The translations under genes were made by a program, and so were the position numbers. From Acidobacteriota bacterium (GTDB taxonomy: Bacteria > Acidobacteriota > UBA890 > WLXD01), in contig CAXWPH010000015.1 of the NCBI GenBank assembly GCA_963666055.2, positions 256,001 through 320,000 of the forward strand: a DNA stretch of 64,000 bases, in the 5' to 3' direction. Positions 11,534 to 21,830 of this stretch are shown piece after piece; the stretch's first letter is position 1, and every line of letters starts with the position of its first letter. Under the pieces are notes generated by a model that was given only the letters and a program-made list of their open reading frames with translations, did not search any database and had not been told where the DNA came from.

Positions 11534-12511
11534 GTGACGAGTCGACGACCGGGTTCGAGCTCTTGGTTCCTGCGGGGGGCGGGTGCCCTGGCCCTGGTCT
11601 TGATCGCCGCCGCGTTGGTGCCCGCGGCCCAATCGGAGGACACGCGCGAGCGCATGGCGCGTGCCGCTCAGCTGGCGCAGGCGGACCGACTACCGGACGC
11701 GTTGGCGGAGCTCGATGCGGCAATCGCGGCCGAGCCGAATTGGTGGGAAGCTCACTATCAGCGAGGGCGCACACTGGGATTGATGGGCCAGCTGAGCGAG
11801 GCGGTGAGCTCGCTGTTGCGCGCTGCTGAGCTGAATCCAGGGGCACCGCACGTGCACCAGCTCGCAGCGGTCGCCGCCTGGGGTGCGGGCGATAGCGAGG
11901 TCGCCTGGGATCAGGTCATCCTCGCCTACCTCTCGGGCGGCGATGTCACCTCCCAAATCCAGCGAATGGCACAAGCGGGGCCGCCACCCGACGATTTCCA
12001 GGAACGCGTCATGGCGCCGCGCGTCTACGTGCCGGAGTTGGATCTTACCGAGATCGAAACTCGTGCCGAGGGGCCCTTTGATCGCAACGTCATGGCGCGG
12101 GGTAACACGCCTTCGCCCACCGGCCTACCGGTGAACGAAAATCGTAGCGGCATACCGGCCGGGATTCTCGGCCGCGAGCTGGTGCAGGAGACCCTGGCGG
12201 ACCTGCGCAGTGTGGAGCGGCAGTTCCGCGAATCGATCGCCGACTCGCGCGCCTATGGTCTCGTCGTCGATCCGGAGCTTGCCGAGTACGAGCTACGTAT
12301 CGCGGTCGACGAGCTCGCCGAGCGCCCCCCACGAGCGATGTCGGGCTACCTCGAGCTGGTAGCGCGCGAAAGCGGGGTGGTGGGCTACCGACGCCATATC
12401 GAGCTCGCCGACATCGCTGCCGGTGGCGTGTTGCGCGGCGAGGTAGAGCTCATCGTCGACGAGCTCGAGTCGTGGCTGAGGAAGATACGAGCGGAGCAGG
12501 ATCAAGGCTGA
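11534..12511 (+). CDS. Secreted TPR-containing protein
   Basis: Signal peptide followed by TPRs (EPNWWEAHYQRGRTL); start uncertain. Confidence 0.7.
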   Translation: MTSRRPGSSSWFLRGAGALALVLIAAALVPAAQSEDTRERMARAAQLAQADRLPDALAELDAAIAAEPNWWEAHYQRGRTLGLMGQLSEAVSSLLRAAELNPGAPHVHQLAAVAAWGAGDSEVAWDQVILAYLSGGDVTSQIQRMAQAGPPPDDFQERVMAPRVYVPELDLTEIETRAEGPFDRNVMARGNTPSPTGLPVNENRSGIPAGILGRELVQETLADLRSVERQFRESIADSRAYGLVVDPELAEYELRIAVDELAERPPRAMSGYLELVARESGVVGYRRHIELADIAAGGVLRGEVELIVDELESWLRKIRAEQDQG

Positions 12512-12563
12512 CTCTACGAGCTCGTCGACCGATCGTCCTCGCGGATACACGCCCTGCCGAAGC

Positions 12564-13424
12564 CTAGCGAAACCGCAGGCTGACCCCCACCATCGCCGTC
12601 CAGTCTGTGGCGGCTGCCGTGACGCCGCGAATCGCCGACAGGTCGAGCTGTAGATCCGGGCTCACTACCCAACTCACTCCGCTGTCGACGAACACCGCCG
12701 AGTCGCCGTTTATGGCATCGGGGGTGGTCGCGGCCACCTCGATGAAACCACCCCAGTCGTCGGCCAGCGCGAAGCCGAGCACGCCGGCGAAGAAACCCTG
12801 CGCGAACCGACCCTCGAGGCCATCGTCGAATGCGGAAACCACGCCGGCATTGAGCGAGATGCTCGCCGAGCCGCTCACCGGCAGATCAGCCGACAGTAGG
12901 GCCGCCGGTTGAAGCTGGCCGGGGCGAAGCGCCGGGCTGCCGATCGGTAGGGCGGTTGACAGCAACAGCGCCAGCGTCGGGCCGGTGCTCTCGGTCAGTT
13001 GCCACTTGGCTTCGACGGTGGGCGCAGCGACGCCCTCGGTAGTGGTCCGGGGCACGTCGGCGCTGCTCTCGCGAGTCACCACCAGCCCACTCGTCTTCAG
13101 CCGCATCTCGAGGCGATCCGACACGCCGTATCGCAGCACCAGCGGCGTGCTGAGGCCTTTCGACCGGTGATTACCCCGGCGAGACCAGTCGATGGCAATG
13201 CCGCTCTCGATCTGCAAGATACCGGTCCCCACGACGTAGGGACCGCACCAGAAACCGGGACGGTCGGTGCTCAGTGCCTCGACGATGGCGCTGCGCCGCG
13301 GCTCATCCTCCGCCGACTCGTCGGCTTGCTGGGCCGCCGCGATGCCAGGAGCGATCGCCACCGCAACTGCGACCAACAAGACGCGGGCCGGGCTCGGCAC
13401 GAGGGAAAGAGAATCCGCAGGCAT
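12564..13424 (-). CDS. Outer-membrane beta-barrel, phenol MetA-pathway-like transporter family
   Basis: Signal peptide; STDRPG..VVG.G.LQIESG; LRYG; C-terminal GVSLRF. Confidence 0.75.
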   Translation of the reverse strand: MPADSLSLVPSPARVLLVAVAVAIAPGIAAAQQADESAEDEPRRSAIVEALSTDRPGFWCGPYVVGTGILQIESGIAIDWSRRGNHRSKGLSTPLVLRYGVSDRLEMRLKTSGLVVTRESSADVPRTTTEGVAAPTVEAKWQLTESTGPTLALLLSTALPIGSPALRPGQLQPAALLSADLPVSGSASISLNAGVVSAFDDGLEGRFAQGFFAGVLGFALADDWGGFIEVAATTPDAINGDSAVFVDSGVSWVVSPDLQLDLSAIRGVTAAATDWTAMVGVSLRFR

Positions 13425-13569
13425 GGCCAGCAATTATACTCACTATCGACGTAAACTACTGATTCTAAGTGGCTTACATGTCTTCATAGTTAGACCGCGC
13501 GATTCTTATGCCTGCGTGGCGCCTGCCGGGGCTAATGCAACACCGATGAACATAGACCAGCGATCTAGA

Positions 13570-13698
13570 AGTGCCGTAAATTCCTCTATAACCAGTAAAA
13601 AGGATTTTAGTAGTCTATATACTTGTTAAACTACTCTTATACATTGTTATACTTATAAATACATACTAATACTTATAATCAGATAGCATGAATAAACT
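13570..13698. other. Strongly AT-rich intergenic patch
   Basis: Visibly AT-dominated against the GC-rich background; TACTTATAA occurs twice. Confidence 0.7.
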
Positions 13699-14124
13699 TT
13701 GAGTACGTTCGACACGTCAAAGACAAAACTGCTTCTTGGCTTCTCCTCTACCATCGGAGCCAGCCTTGTGGTTTTTCTGCTCTGCATCGCGTTCGCCGCT
13801 GTGTTTCCGAGACCTCAGGCCGTCCTTGCTAGAACCGTCGTCGATTCGGAGCAAGACAAGGCGGTGCGGATTTGTCGGCGGGCCATTGCGGCCTACCTAA
13901 AGCGTCCGATTCCGTCGGGCCTGCGGGGCGAGGACAAGCTCCGAGTTCTACCGGGAACTGGAACAGAGGTGCGAGGTCAGGTGGTCTGGACGAACCCGCT
14001 CGGGTACTCCGTACAGACGAGCTACGTATGCAGGATCCAGAAGCAGGAGCATTCCCTGTCGTTGGCGAAGCTGGTAATCACCACCAACCGTCAGCTAGCT
14101 CTACGTCCACCCTGGCCTCGGTGA
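13699..14124 (+). CDS. Hypothetical membrane-anchored protein
   Basis: 141-aa ORF with an N-terminal hydrophobic helix and two Cys in the soluble part; start uncertain. Confidence 0.5.
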   Translation: MSTFDTSKTKLLLGFSSTIGASLVVFLLCIAFAAVFPRPQAVLARTVVDSEQDKAVRICRRAIAAYLKRPIPSGLRGEDKLRVLPGTGTEVRGQVVWTNPLGYSVQTSYVCRIQKQEHSLSLAKLVITTNRQLALRPPWPR

Positions 14125-14206
14125 CCCAGAACGCAACCTGAGTCTCGCTGAGGCGCCGGGCGCGAGGTCGACGTGACGGCGCCTGCAGCGCGACAGGGCC
14201 GGCCGA

Positions 14207-15703
14207 TCAGATGTTCATCAACGCTTCGACATCGGGATCGAGCACCGGCGGCGGCGACGCGTAGGAGATGCCGAAGAAAAGTAGCAGCGAAACCAACAGC
14301 GCCAGCGTGCCGCCGTGAATATTGTGCGGCAGCGAGATGTTGAATACCTCGACCGAGAAGTTGATGATCAGGCTGGTGGCGATTGCGGTGTTGGCGGCGA
14401 ACGCCGTGGCGCGCTTCCAGTTGAACCCGATGGCCACGACGGGCACCAGCGCGGCCCCGAAGGTCCCCCAGCCGAAGGCGCCCAGCAGCGCCACCAGCCG
14501 CGCGTTCTGGAAGTGGGAGTAAAGAGCGAAGGCGGCGGCGACTATTCCGATCAACACCGTGCCGGTGCGCGCCCAGAACAGCTCGTGCTCCAGCGATCGA
14601 CCGCGCAGCGCATGGGGAATGTCGTGCACGATGGCTGCGGCGCCGATGTTCAGGAAGCCATCAGCCGTCGACATGATGGCCGCGAACAGCCCGGCGATGA
14701 CCACGCCGGCGAGCAGCGGATGGGCGTAGTTCTGCAGGAATTCCGGCGCCGCTGCGTCGGCGGTCGCGAGCTCCGGATGCGCTCCCTGCAGCACCAGCGC
14801 GCGCATCACCAGACCGATGCCGATCCACAACAGCGAAGCGACCATGTAGCCAAATACCGTGAGCGCCGGTACCCAGCGGTAGTCACGTAGCCGGCCGATC
14901 ATCATGCCCTTGGTGAGCAGATGCGGCTGGCCCGCCACGCCTACCGCGAACATGAACATCCACGACAGGCAACCGATCATGCCCAAGGTACCCCATGGAC
15001 CCGCGGCTTCAGGATCGTCAAGTGCGATCGTCTGCATTACTTCCGTGGGCCCACCCGGAAGCGCCACCCAGGCGGCGATGAACACAAGCACGGCCGCTAC
15101 GATCATCACGGAGCCCTGGAAGACGTCGGTGTAGACCGAAGCGAGAATCCCACCGGTGACGCAGTAGAACAGCAACACCGACAGCGATACCACCACACAG
15201 GCCACCAGGCCGACATCGGCGAACGTGTCGGTGCCCTGCAGGATGCTCTGCAGCACGGTCGCCATGGCGAGGATCTGCGTAGCCAGGTAGCCCATCACGC
15301 CGAGCAGGATCGCCAGTGCGGTAAGCAGCCGTGTGGTCTCGTTGCCGTATCGCGCCGCGACAGCGTCGGGGAGCGACACGGTGTCGAAGAAGCCGGCGAA
15401 CATGCGCAGCCGTTTGGCGATGAGAAAGTCGTTGACTCCCCAACCGGCCGCGGCGGTGAGCACGATCCATATCGAGGCGACGCCCATCGAATACACCAGC
15501 CCTGGGCCGCCGACGAAGCCGAAGCCGCTCATCGTGCTCGAGAAGATCGCCAAGCCGGTGACCGCAATACCGATGTTGCGGCCGGCCATGAAGAAATCAC
15601 GCGTTGATCGCGTGCGCCGCATGGCCCACAGGCCGACCCCGATACAGGCGCCCATGTAGATAACGACGAACCCGAGAACGATCTCGGTACGCAGCGCCTC
15701 CAT
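14207..15703 (-). CDS. Sodium:solute symporter (PutP/PanF-like)
   Basis: DFFMAGR, SGFGFVGGPG, YTDVFQG, GQPH, AAIMSTAD. Confidence 0.9.
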   Translation of the reverse strand: MEALRTEIVLGFVVIYMGACIGVGLWAMRRTRSTRDFFMAGRNIGIAVTGLAIFSSTMSGFGFVGGPGLVYSMGVASIWIVLTAAAGWGVNDFLIAKRLRMFAGFFDTVSLPDAVAARYGNETTRLLTALAILLGVMGYLATQILAMATVLQSILQGTDTFADVGLVACVVVSLSVLLFYCVTGGILASVYTDVFQGSVMIVAAVLVFIAAWVALPGGPTEVMQTIALDDPEAAGPWGTLGMIGCLSWMFMFAVGVAGQPHLLTKGMMIGRLRDYRWVPALTVFGYMVASLLWIGIGLVMRALVLQGAHPELATADAAAPEFLQNYAHPLLAGVVIAGLFAAIMSTADGFLNIGAAAIVHDIPHALRGRSLEHELFWARTGTVLIGIVAAAFALYSHFQNARLVALLGAFGWGTFGAALVPVVAIGFNWKRATAFAANTAIATSLIINFSVEVFNISLPHNIHGGTLALLVSLLLFFGISYASPPPVLDPDVEALMNI

Positions 15704-16245
15704 CAGCTCGGCTCGGTGGCGCGGCTGTCGGACCTGCCGCGCGCCGCCAGCAGGCGCTCATACTCGGCTTCGTCTTCGGGGGTCAGCACCCAGCGATCGA
15801 AGCCGGCGACAAACGCCACTGTATACATCGCCGATAGCGGCCAGAAGCCCAGCATCACCAGTGCAGTCGACGCATGCATACCCAGAATCAGGACGCTTTC
15901 GGAGCCGGCGGCATAGCTCCGGTAGGTGAGCACGATCGATGTCCAGAGGACGAGTTGAACGCCGGTACAGAGCACGAGCGTCGGTAGGAACCCCCGCAGC
16001 GATGACTTCTTCCGGACCCCGAGCGCCATCAGGGCGGCGAAGAACAGCAACTGGAGCGTTCCGAAAACCCAGCCGAGCGCCAGCGTAGAGTCGTGTCGTG
16101 CAGCGCCATCGCCGCCCGCGAACATTGCCCCGACCCGAGGGTGGGCAACGTGCTCGGCGATCTCGGCACCCGGTGCGAGCAGGATTGCGCCGACGACCAA
16201 TGCGGTCAGCAGCAGCGCAGCGAAGGTCAGCTTGGGGAGGCTCAC
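15703..16245 (-). CDS. Small membrane protein coupled to the symporter
   Basis: About 4 TM segments; stop overlaps the symporter start. Confidence 0.65.
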   Translation of the reverse strand: MSLPKLTFAALLLTALVVGAILLAPGAEIAEHVAHPRVGAMFAGGDGAARHDSTLALGWVFGTLQLLFFAALMALGVRKKSSLRGFLPTLVLCTGVQLVLWTSIVLTYRSYAAGSESVLILGMHASTALVMLGFWPLSAMYTVAFVAGFDRWVLTPEDEAEYERLLAARGRSDSRATEPS

Positions 16246-16357
16246 GTGTTGGCGACCGATCTCGAAAAGGGTGACGCTACGTTATGCTGCGCAATCCGCG
16301 CCGGCGGCAGCGGAGCATCGCGGTTCCGGCAGCCATCGTCAAGGGGGAAAATCAAGC

Positions 16358-17137
16358 GTGTCGACTCCATCGGATCTCGCCGACAAGCGGGTCATCATCA
16401 CTGCCGGGGCGTCCGGTATCGGCCGGGTAGTCGCCGAGCGCTTCGTGCAGGCCGGAGCGAAAGTGCACGTCTGCGATATCGACGCCGACGCCCTGGCCAC
16501 TGCCGCGCAAGAGCTTCCCGGGCTCGGAGTGACGCGCGCCGACGTGGCTGACGCGGATCAGGTAGCAGGTTTTTTTGAGCAGGCGGTGGCCGGGCTGGGC
16601 GGGCTCGACATCCTGGTGAACAACGCTGGCATCGCCGGGCCGGTGGCGCCAGTCGAGGAGGTTTCGATCGAGGACTGGCGCGCCACCCTTTCGGTGAACC
16701 TCGACGGCGCGTTCCATTGCGCCCGCCACGCCGTACCGCTGTTGAAGGCCGCCGGTGGCGGATCCATCGTCAACATGTCCTCGACCGCTGGCCTCTTCGG
16801 ATTTGTCCGGCGATCGCCCTACGTAGCGTCGAAGTGGGCGCTCATTGGCTTCACCAAGACGCTGGCCATGGAGCTCGGGCCGTACGGCATCCGGGTCAAC
16901 GCCATCTGCCCGGGTAGCGTCGAGGGCGAGCGCATCGACCGTGTTATCGCAGCAGAGGCAGCCGCTCGGGATGTCTCGGAGCGAGAGGTTCGAGAAGAAT
17001 GGAAGGCGCACATGTCGCTGCGCACCTTCGTGACGCCGGACGACGTCGCTGCGATGATCCTTTTTGTTTGTTCTGACGCCGGTGGCCGCGTTTCCGGACA
17101 GGCGCTTGCGGTCGATTGCCACACCGAGAGCAAGTAG
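16358..17137 (+). CDS. SDR-family oxidoreductase
   Basis: TAGASGIG, VNNAG, YVASK, IRVNAICPG. Confidence 0.92.
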   Translation: MSTPSDLADKRVIITAGASGIGRVVAERFVQAGAKVHVCDIDADALATAAQELPGLGVTRADVADADQVAGFFEQAVAGLGGLDILVNNAGIAGPVAPVEEVSIEDWRATLSVNLDGAFHCARHAVPLLKAAGGGSIVNMSSTAGLFGFVRRSPYVASKWALIGFTKTLAMELGPYGIRVNAICPGSVEGERIDRVIAAEAAARDVSEREVREEWKAHMSLRTFVTPDDVAAMILFVCSDAGGRVSGQALAVDCHTESK

Positions 17138-17159
17138 CCTACGGCGGCCAGATAACACC

Positions 17160-17436
17160 CTAGCAGGCCGTGGTGAGAGTGTGGTGGGTCTGGCAACAGG
17201 GACTTGCGAAGTGGAGGCAAGGAGAGAGGAGGAGGCGATGGACCCGATCGTTGACGAGGAACGACGCAGCCTACGCGCGCAACCCCCTGTTGCCCGAAGG
17301 GTTACGGCGATTTGGGGCCATCTGCGGCGTTGGCCTTCCTCGACGATGGCTAGGGCATCGCCTGTGTCAGGCCGTCTTGCATCTGGCCCCAACTCGCCGT
17401 AACCAGACCCACCACACTTTCACCACGGCCGGCTAG
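17160..17436. mobile_element. 277-bp MITE-like element with ~33-bp terminal inverted repeats bounded by CTAG
   Basis: Left end CTAGCAGGCCGTGGTGAGAGTGTGGTGGGTCTGG; right end CCAGACCCACCACACTTTCACCACGGCCGGCTAG; internal palindrome GGTTACGGCGA..TCGCCGTAACC. Confidence 0.8.
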
Positions 17437-18422
17437 AGGTCGACCAGAACCTTGCCGAAGACGCCCGCTTCAACCGCCTCGTGTGCCGCCACGATCTGGT
17501 CGAGGGCGAACCGTGGCCCCAGGTGGTGCCGCAGTTGGCCGGCCTCGAGCCATCGTGAGATATCAGCAACCGCCTGCATCTTGGTGTCGTCGGGCATACC
17601 GAACACCAGCACGTGCCGCACCGTGATGTTCTTGTATATCAGGACATAGAATGGCACCGACGGCTCCGGGTTGGCCTGCGACGCGTAGGTGGCGATCACG
17701 CCGTTGTTCCTGAGGGCGGCGACGCTGGCCTCGAGGTTGCCGCCAAACTCGACCTCGACGACGCGGTCGAGTCCGGACGCACCGACGAGCTCGCTGAGGC
17801 GCTCGGCGACATTTTCGGTGCGGTAGTTCACCACGTGGTCGGCGCCACCTTGGCGTGCTAGCTCGGCCTTGTCGTCGCTGCTCACCGTGGCGATGACCGT
17901 CGCACCGTCGAGCTTGGCGAATTGGACCGCGTAATGGCCCACCGCTCCGGCCCCTCCCGTCACCAGCACCGTCTGCCCAGCCACCGACCCGTCGGCGAAC
18001 ACGCAGCGGTGTGCAGTGAGCGCGGGGATGCCCAGACAGGCGCCGGCGTCGAAGTCGGCTACGTCGGGCAAGGGTACGGCGAGATCGGAAGCCACCACGG
18101 CGAGCTCGGCGGCGGTTCCGAAGGCGCGTTCGTACTGCGCCTCGTACACCCAGACCCGTTCGCCCAGGCGGGACTCAGGCACGCCGGCGCCGACCGACTC
18201 GATGGTGCCGGCACCGTCGAAATGTGGCACCACCCGTGACCCTTGGCTTGCGCCGCGCCCGCCAAGGCGTCGCTTCACATCGACCGGGTTCACGCCAGAG
18301 ACCGCAATGCGAACCTGCACCTCGCCGGCTTCAGGCTGCGGCGCTTCCAGCTCGCCGACGTCGAGTACCTCGGCCGCCGCACCGAATTGCTCGAACCAGA
18401 CCGCGCGCATCATCTCGGGCAT
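17433..18422 (-). CDS. NADPH:quinone reductase (zeta-crystallin-like MDR)
   Basis: GVNPVDVK, GIPALTAH, GGAGAVG. Confidence 0.9.
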   Translation of the reverse strand: MPEMMRAVWFEQFGAAAEVLDVGELEAPQPEAGEVQVRIAVSGVNPVDVKRRLGGRGASQGSRVVPHFDGAGTIESVGAGVPESRLGERVWVYEAQYERAFGTAAELAVVASDLAVPLPDVADFDAGACLGIPALTAHRCVFADGSVAGQTVLVTGGAGAVGHYAVQFAKLDGATVIATVSSDDKAELARQGGADHVVNYRTENVAERLSELVGASGLDRVVEVEFGGNLEASVAALRNNGVIATYASQANPEPSVPFYVLIYKNITVRHVLVFGMPDDTKMQAVADISRWLEAGQLRHHLGPRFALDQIVAAHEAVEAGVFGKVLVDL

Positions 18423-18427
18423 GATGA

Positions 18428-20074
18428 TTACTCCTGGCCAGCGGTAGTTTCCATGGCGCGCTCCATCTTTGCCTTCGCCACCATGTCACGGACATCGGCC
18501 CGCAGCTCCACGGCGTCATACACGATGCCGTCCTTGATCGTGTACTTGATACCGCCGACCCGCGCCACCGTGCCGTCGTCCATGAGCTTCACGGCGCCGG
18601 TGCCGTAGAGAACTTTGAGGTTCTCGAGGGGGTTTTCATCCACCAGGATCATATCGGCCAGATAGCCGCGACGTACGAGGCCGATCTCGAGCCGGTCGGC
18701 CTCGGCGCGTGGCTTGTTGATCTCCATCGCCGAGTGCATGGTCGCGGCCCGGATTACCTCGAGCGGGTGGAAGCCCGCCTCCTGGAGCATCTCCAGCTCG
18801 AGGATGTAGCCGAAGCCGTAGAGCTGGTAGATGAAGCCGCTGTCGGAGCCGGTGGTCACCTTGCCGCCGCGATCCTTGTACTCGTCGAGGAACTGCATCC
18901 ACACCCGGTAGAAGTTCTTCCAGGCGGTCTCGTCCCAGCTTGTCCAGTAAAACCAGTACGAGCCGTGCGCCCGGCGCGACGGCTGGTAGAAATCCCACAG
19001 CGAGGGCAGCGTGTACTCCTCGTGCCAGTCGGCGTTGCGGGCCCGCATGACGTCGCGGCCGGCGGAGTAGATCGTCATCGTTGGGTTGAGGTAGAAGTCC
19101 AGGTCGAGCATTTCCTGCATGACCGCCTTCCACTTCTCGCCGCCCGGTTTCACCAGCGCCCACTGCCGCGCCACCTGGCCGAAGCGGTGCTGCTCGTCCG
19201 AGTAGTTGTGGTCGACAGGGTACGGCTGGATGCTGGTGCCCTCGTACAGCGCTTCGAACAGGCCGTAGTAGTGGGTCATGGAGTCGAGGCCGACGCGGGC
19301 AGCATCGAGCGCGTTCATCTGCGTCACCCCCGTTTGCGCCAGGTGCGCCGTCGAGCCCATACCTTGCTTATGGGCTTCGTCGATCAGCGCCTCCATGATG
19401 TCGGGAGGGAGGGCACCCAGCTTGAGGCCGTCGGCGCCCTTCTGCGCCGCGTATTGCACCCACTCGCGGGCGCTCCCAGGGTCCTCTACCGAGGGTCCCT
19501 GGTAGTCGGCGCCGGAGCCGGGTAGCACAAAGGAGACCATGCGCGGCGCCACGATCTCGTTGTTCTCGGAGCGCTCCCGTTCGTGCAGCGAGAACTCGAA
19601 GTTGCCATGCCCGACGCCGCGCGACGTGGTGATCCCGTGCGACAGCCAGAGCTTGTAGCTGTACTCCGCCTCGGGCGCCTTGGTGCTGCCACCGGTATGG
19701 CCGTGCAGGTCGATGAAGCCCGGCAGCAGATACATGCCGGAAGCGTCGATCTCGTGGTCTGCATCGCCTGGACGCCCATCTTCGTCGATCGGCACGCCCG
19801 GGTAGCCGACGCTCTGCACCTGAGTGATGCGGTTCCCCTCCACCACCACGTCCACCGGTCCCATCGGCGGGCCGCCGGTGCCGTCGATCACAGTGACGCC
19901 ACGGATGATCAAGCGTCCGAAGGGGCCGATGCCTTCGTCAGGGCGGCGATCAGGAGCCGGAATCCTGCCGCCGAAGTCGTCTTGCTGGGCGCGCCCGGTA
20001 GCGGCAGCGGCGATTGTGGCGGCGAGCAACAGCATCAGGGCGATGACGAGCGGACGGCGTATTGTGGTGTGCAT
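18428..20074 (-). CDS. Secreted amidohydrolase-family protein
   Basis: Signal peptide; LLPGFIDLHGH; GSDSG; GYLADMILV..NPLENL. Confidence 0.85.
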   Translation of the reverse strand: MHTTIRRPLVIALMLLLAATIAAAATGRAQQDDFGGRIPAPDRRPDEGIGPFGRLIIRGVTVIDGTGGPPMGPVDVVVEGNRITQVQSVGYPGVPIDEDGRPGDADHEIDASGMYLLPGFIDLHGHTGGSTKAPEAEYSYKLWLSHGITTSRGVGHGNFEFSLHERERSENNEIVAPRMVSFVLPGSGADYQGPSVEDPGSAREWVQYAAQKGADGLKLGALPPDIMEALIDEAHKQGMGSTAHLAQTGVTQMNALDAARVGLDSMTHYYGLFEALYEGTSIQPYPVDHNYSDEQHRFGQVARQWALVKPGGEKWKAVMQEMLDLDFYLNPTMTIYSAGRDVMRARNADWHEEYTLPSLWDFYQPSRRAHGSYWFYWTSWDETAWKNFYRVWMQFLDEYKDRGGKVTTGSDSGFIYQLYGFGYILELEMLQEAGFHPLEVIRAATMHSAMEINKPRAEADRLEIGLVRRGYLADMILVDENPLENLKVLYGTGAVKLMDDGTVARVGGIKYTIKDGIVYDAVELRADVRDMVAKAKMERAMETTAGQE

Positions 20075-20360
20075 GTGAGCTCCGGAAGAGTGGACGCGGG
20101 CGCAAGCGCCAGCCGCACGTGGCGACGGTGCCGTTCGAGCGGCCGGGCGCTAACTCTACTTAGACGCCGGGTGGGAGACAACGCCGCCGGGCCTGGCGTC
20201 GAGAGCGCAGGTCGTCTCTCATCGCCCTTGCCGGCCGAGCCGCCTGCCCCTTTGACCCTTCGCCCGGCCCGCGCGTACCATCCCGCCGTCCCTCAGACTA
20301 CTGCTGTCCGCGTCCGAACGTTGCTTGCGACGCCTCGCGGCGGACGAAGGAGACGGACCG

Positions 20361-20780
20361 ATGGAAGGAATCAACACGGGCAAGCTGATCATCAGCGGCA
20401 TCGTTGCCGGTATCGTGATGACCATCAGTCAGCTGGTGCTCAACGAGGTCGTGCTCGTCGAGCAGCAGCAAGCCGCCCTCGATGCCCTGGGCGTCGAGGC
20501 GGTGAGCGGGTCGCAGATCGGCATGTTCGTGGTCATGGCGTTTGTCGCCTCTGGCACGATGATGTGGCTTTACGTGGTCCTGCGGGATCGTTTCGGCGCA
20601 GGCCCCAAGACGGCCATGTGTGCCGGCGTCGTCGTGTGGGTCCTCTACTACTTCCAGGGGCTCAGCAATTTCTGGATCCTCGGCATGCTCGGTACGCCGC
20701 TCGTAGTCACAGCGCTCGTATGGGGTCTGGTCGAGCTACCGGTCGCAGCGATGGCAGGAGCCTACTTTTATAGCGACTAG
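20361..20780 (+). CDS. Hypothetical 4-TM membrane protein
   Basis: GGAG RBS; hydrophobic helices; RFGAGPKTA. Confidence 0.7.
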   Translation: MEGINTGKLIISGIVAGIVMTISQLVLNEVVLVEQQQAALDALGVEAVSGSQIGMFVVMAFVASGTMMWLYVVLRDRFGAGPKTAMCAGVVVWVLYYFQGLSNFWILGMLGTPLVVTALVWGLVELPVAAMAGAYFYSD

Positions 20781-20909
20781 TGATCAGGAGCACTAGCCGC
20801 CGTAGCGGGGCGCCGCTGGGGCGCGCGCCGGGAGGTGTCGACGCGTGCCGGGTAAGGTGCCAGAATCGCTCGGTGTAAGCCGCTGGACGGTCTTGGACTA
20901 CCCGTCGAG

Positions 20910-21809
20910 GTGCGTGTGAATAAGAGATCGTCGCGGCTCACAATCGTCGTGACGACGCGACGCGACAGCCAGTTTGGGCGCCTGCTCATCGTCGGTGCGG
21001 TGATCCTCGCCGCGTCGCATGCAACTCCCGTGTGGGCCCAGCATCCCTCTCCGACCGGGCGCCAGGAAAAGCCCGGTAGCCCGCCCGAGGCTCAGCGTCC
21101 GCTGCGCCAGCAACCCGACGACGCCGATGGTGTTGCCGGCGATGGCCGCCGCACGCTGGCGCGGCTGCCGCAGAACGTTGCGCGCGGCATCGGCGGGGTG
21201 TTCTCGTTCGACAGCCTCCTGCCGGTGCTGGTTGGTCTCGCCGCCACGGGTGCCGCTCGTGGGTTCGACGACCACCTGGCGTTTCCTGACGGCGCCAACA
21301 GCGACTTCGGCGAGCTCGGCAACGGTTTCGGCAACCCGGTCTTCGTGGCTGCGGCGGCAACCGGGCTGTTGCTCGGCGGACGTGCCACGAGCGCCGGCAG
21401 GTTTCGCGACGCCAGCTACGATCTCTTTACCGCCACGGCGGTGACCTTGCTGTATACCGAGACGCTCAAGAGGACGATCGACCGAACACGTCCAAGTGGT
21501 ACCGATAACAAATCGTTCCCCTCCGGCCACACCTCGAACGCTTTCACCTGGGCGACGGTGATCGATCACCACTACGGCAAGAAGCTCGGCTTGCCGATGT
21601 ACGCTTTCGCCACCTTGGTGACGGGATCACGTATCCACCGTGGCAGTCACTTCCTCAGCGACGTCGTCGCCGGGGCGGCGGTGGGGTTCATCGCCGGTCG
21701 ATCCGTCGTGCGCACCGCGGGCGAGCCTCTGGGCGGGCGCCGCGTCACGCTGGTGCCGGCCGTGGGCCCGAGCGGGCAGCGCGGCATGGTCGTGGTCGTG
21801 GCCTTCTAG
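20910..21809 (+). CDS. PAP2-family phosphatase
   Basis: K..IDRTRP, SFPSGH, SRI..GSHFLSDV; start uncertain. Confidence 0.85.
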   Translation: MRVNKRSSRLTIVVTTRRDSQFGRLLIVGAVILAASHATPVWAQHPSPTGRQEKPGSPPEAQRPLRQQPDDADGVAGDGRRTLARLPQNVARGIGGVFSFDSLLPVLVGLAATGAARGFDDHLAFPDGANSDFGELGNGFGNPVFVAAAATGLLLGGRATSAGRFRDASYDLFTATAVTLLYTETLKRTIDRTRPSGTDNKSFPSGHTSNAFTWATVIDHHYGKKLGLPMYAFATLVTGSRIHRGSHFLSDVVAGAAVGFIAGRSVVRTAGEPLGGRRVTLVPAVGPSGQRGMVVVVAF

Positions 21810-21830
21810 CGTGCCGTGGTGCAGGGTGGG
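21806..21830. repeat. Degenerate half-copy of the CTAG repeat
   Basis: CTAGCGTGCCGTGGTGCAGGGTGGG overlapping the PAP2 stop. Confidence 0.5.

Noticed and set aside
13570-13698. Chromosomal origin oriC
   Set aside because: No TTATCCACA DnaA boxes seen and no dnaA/dnaN/gidA context.
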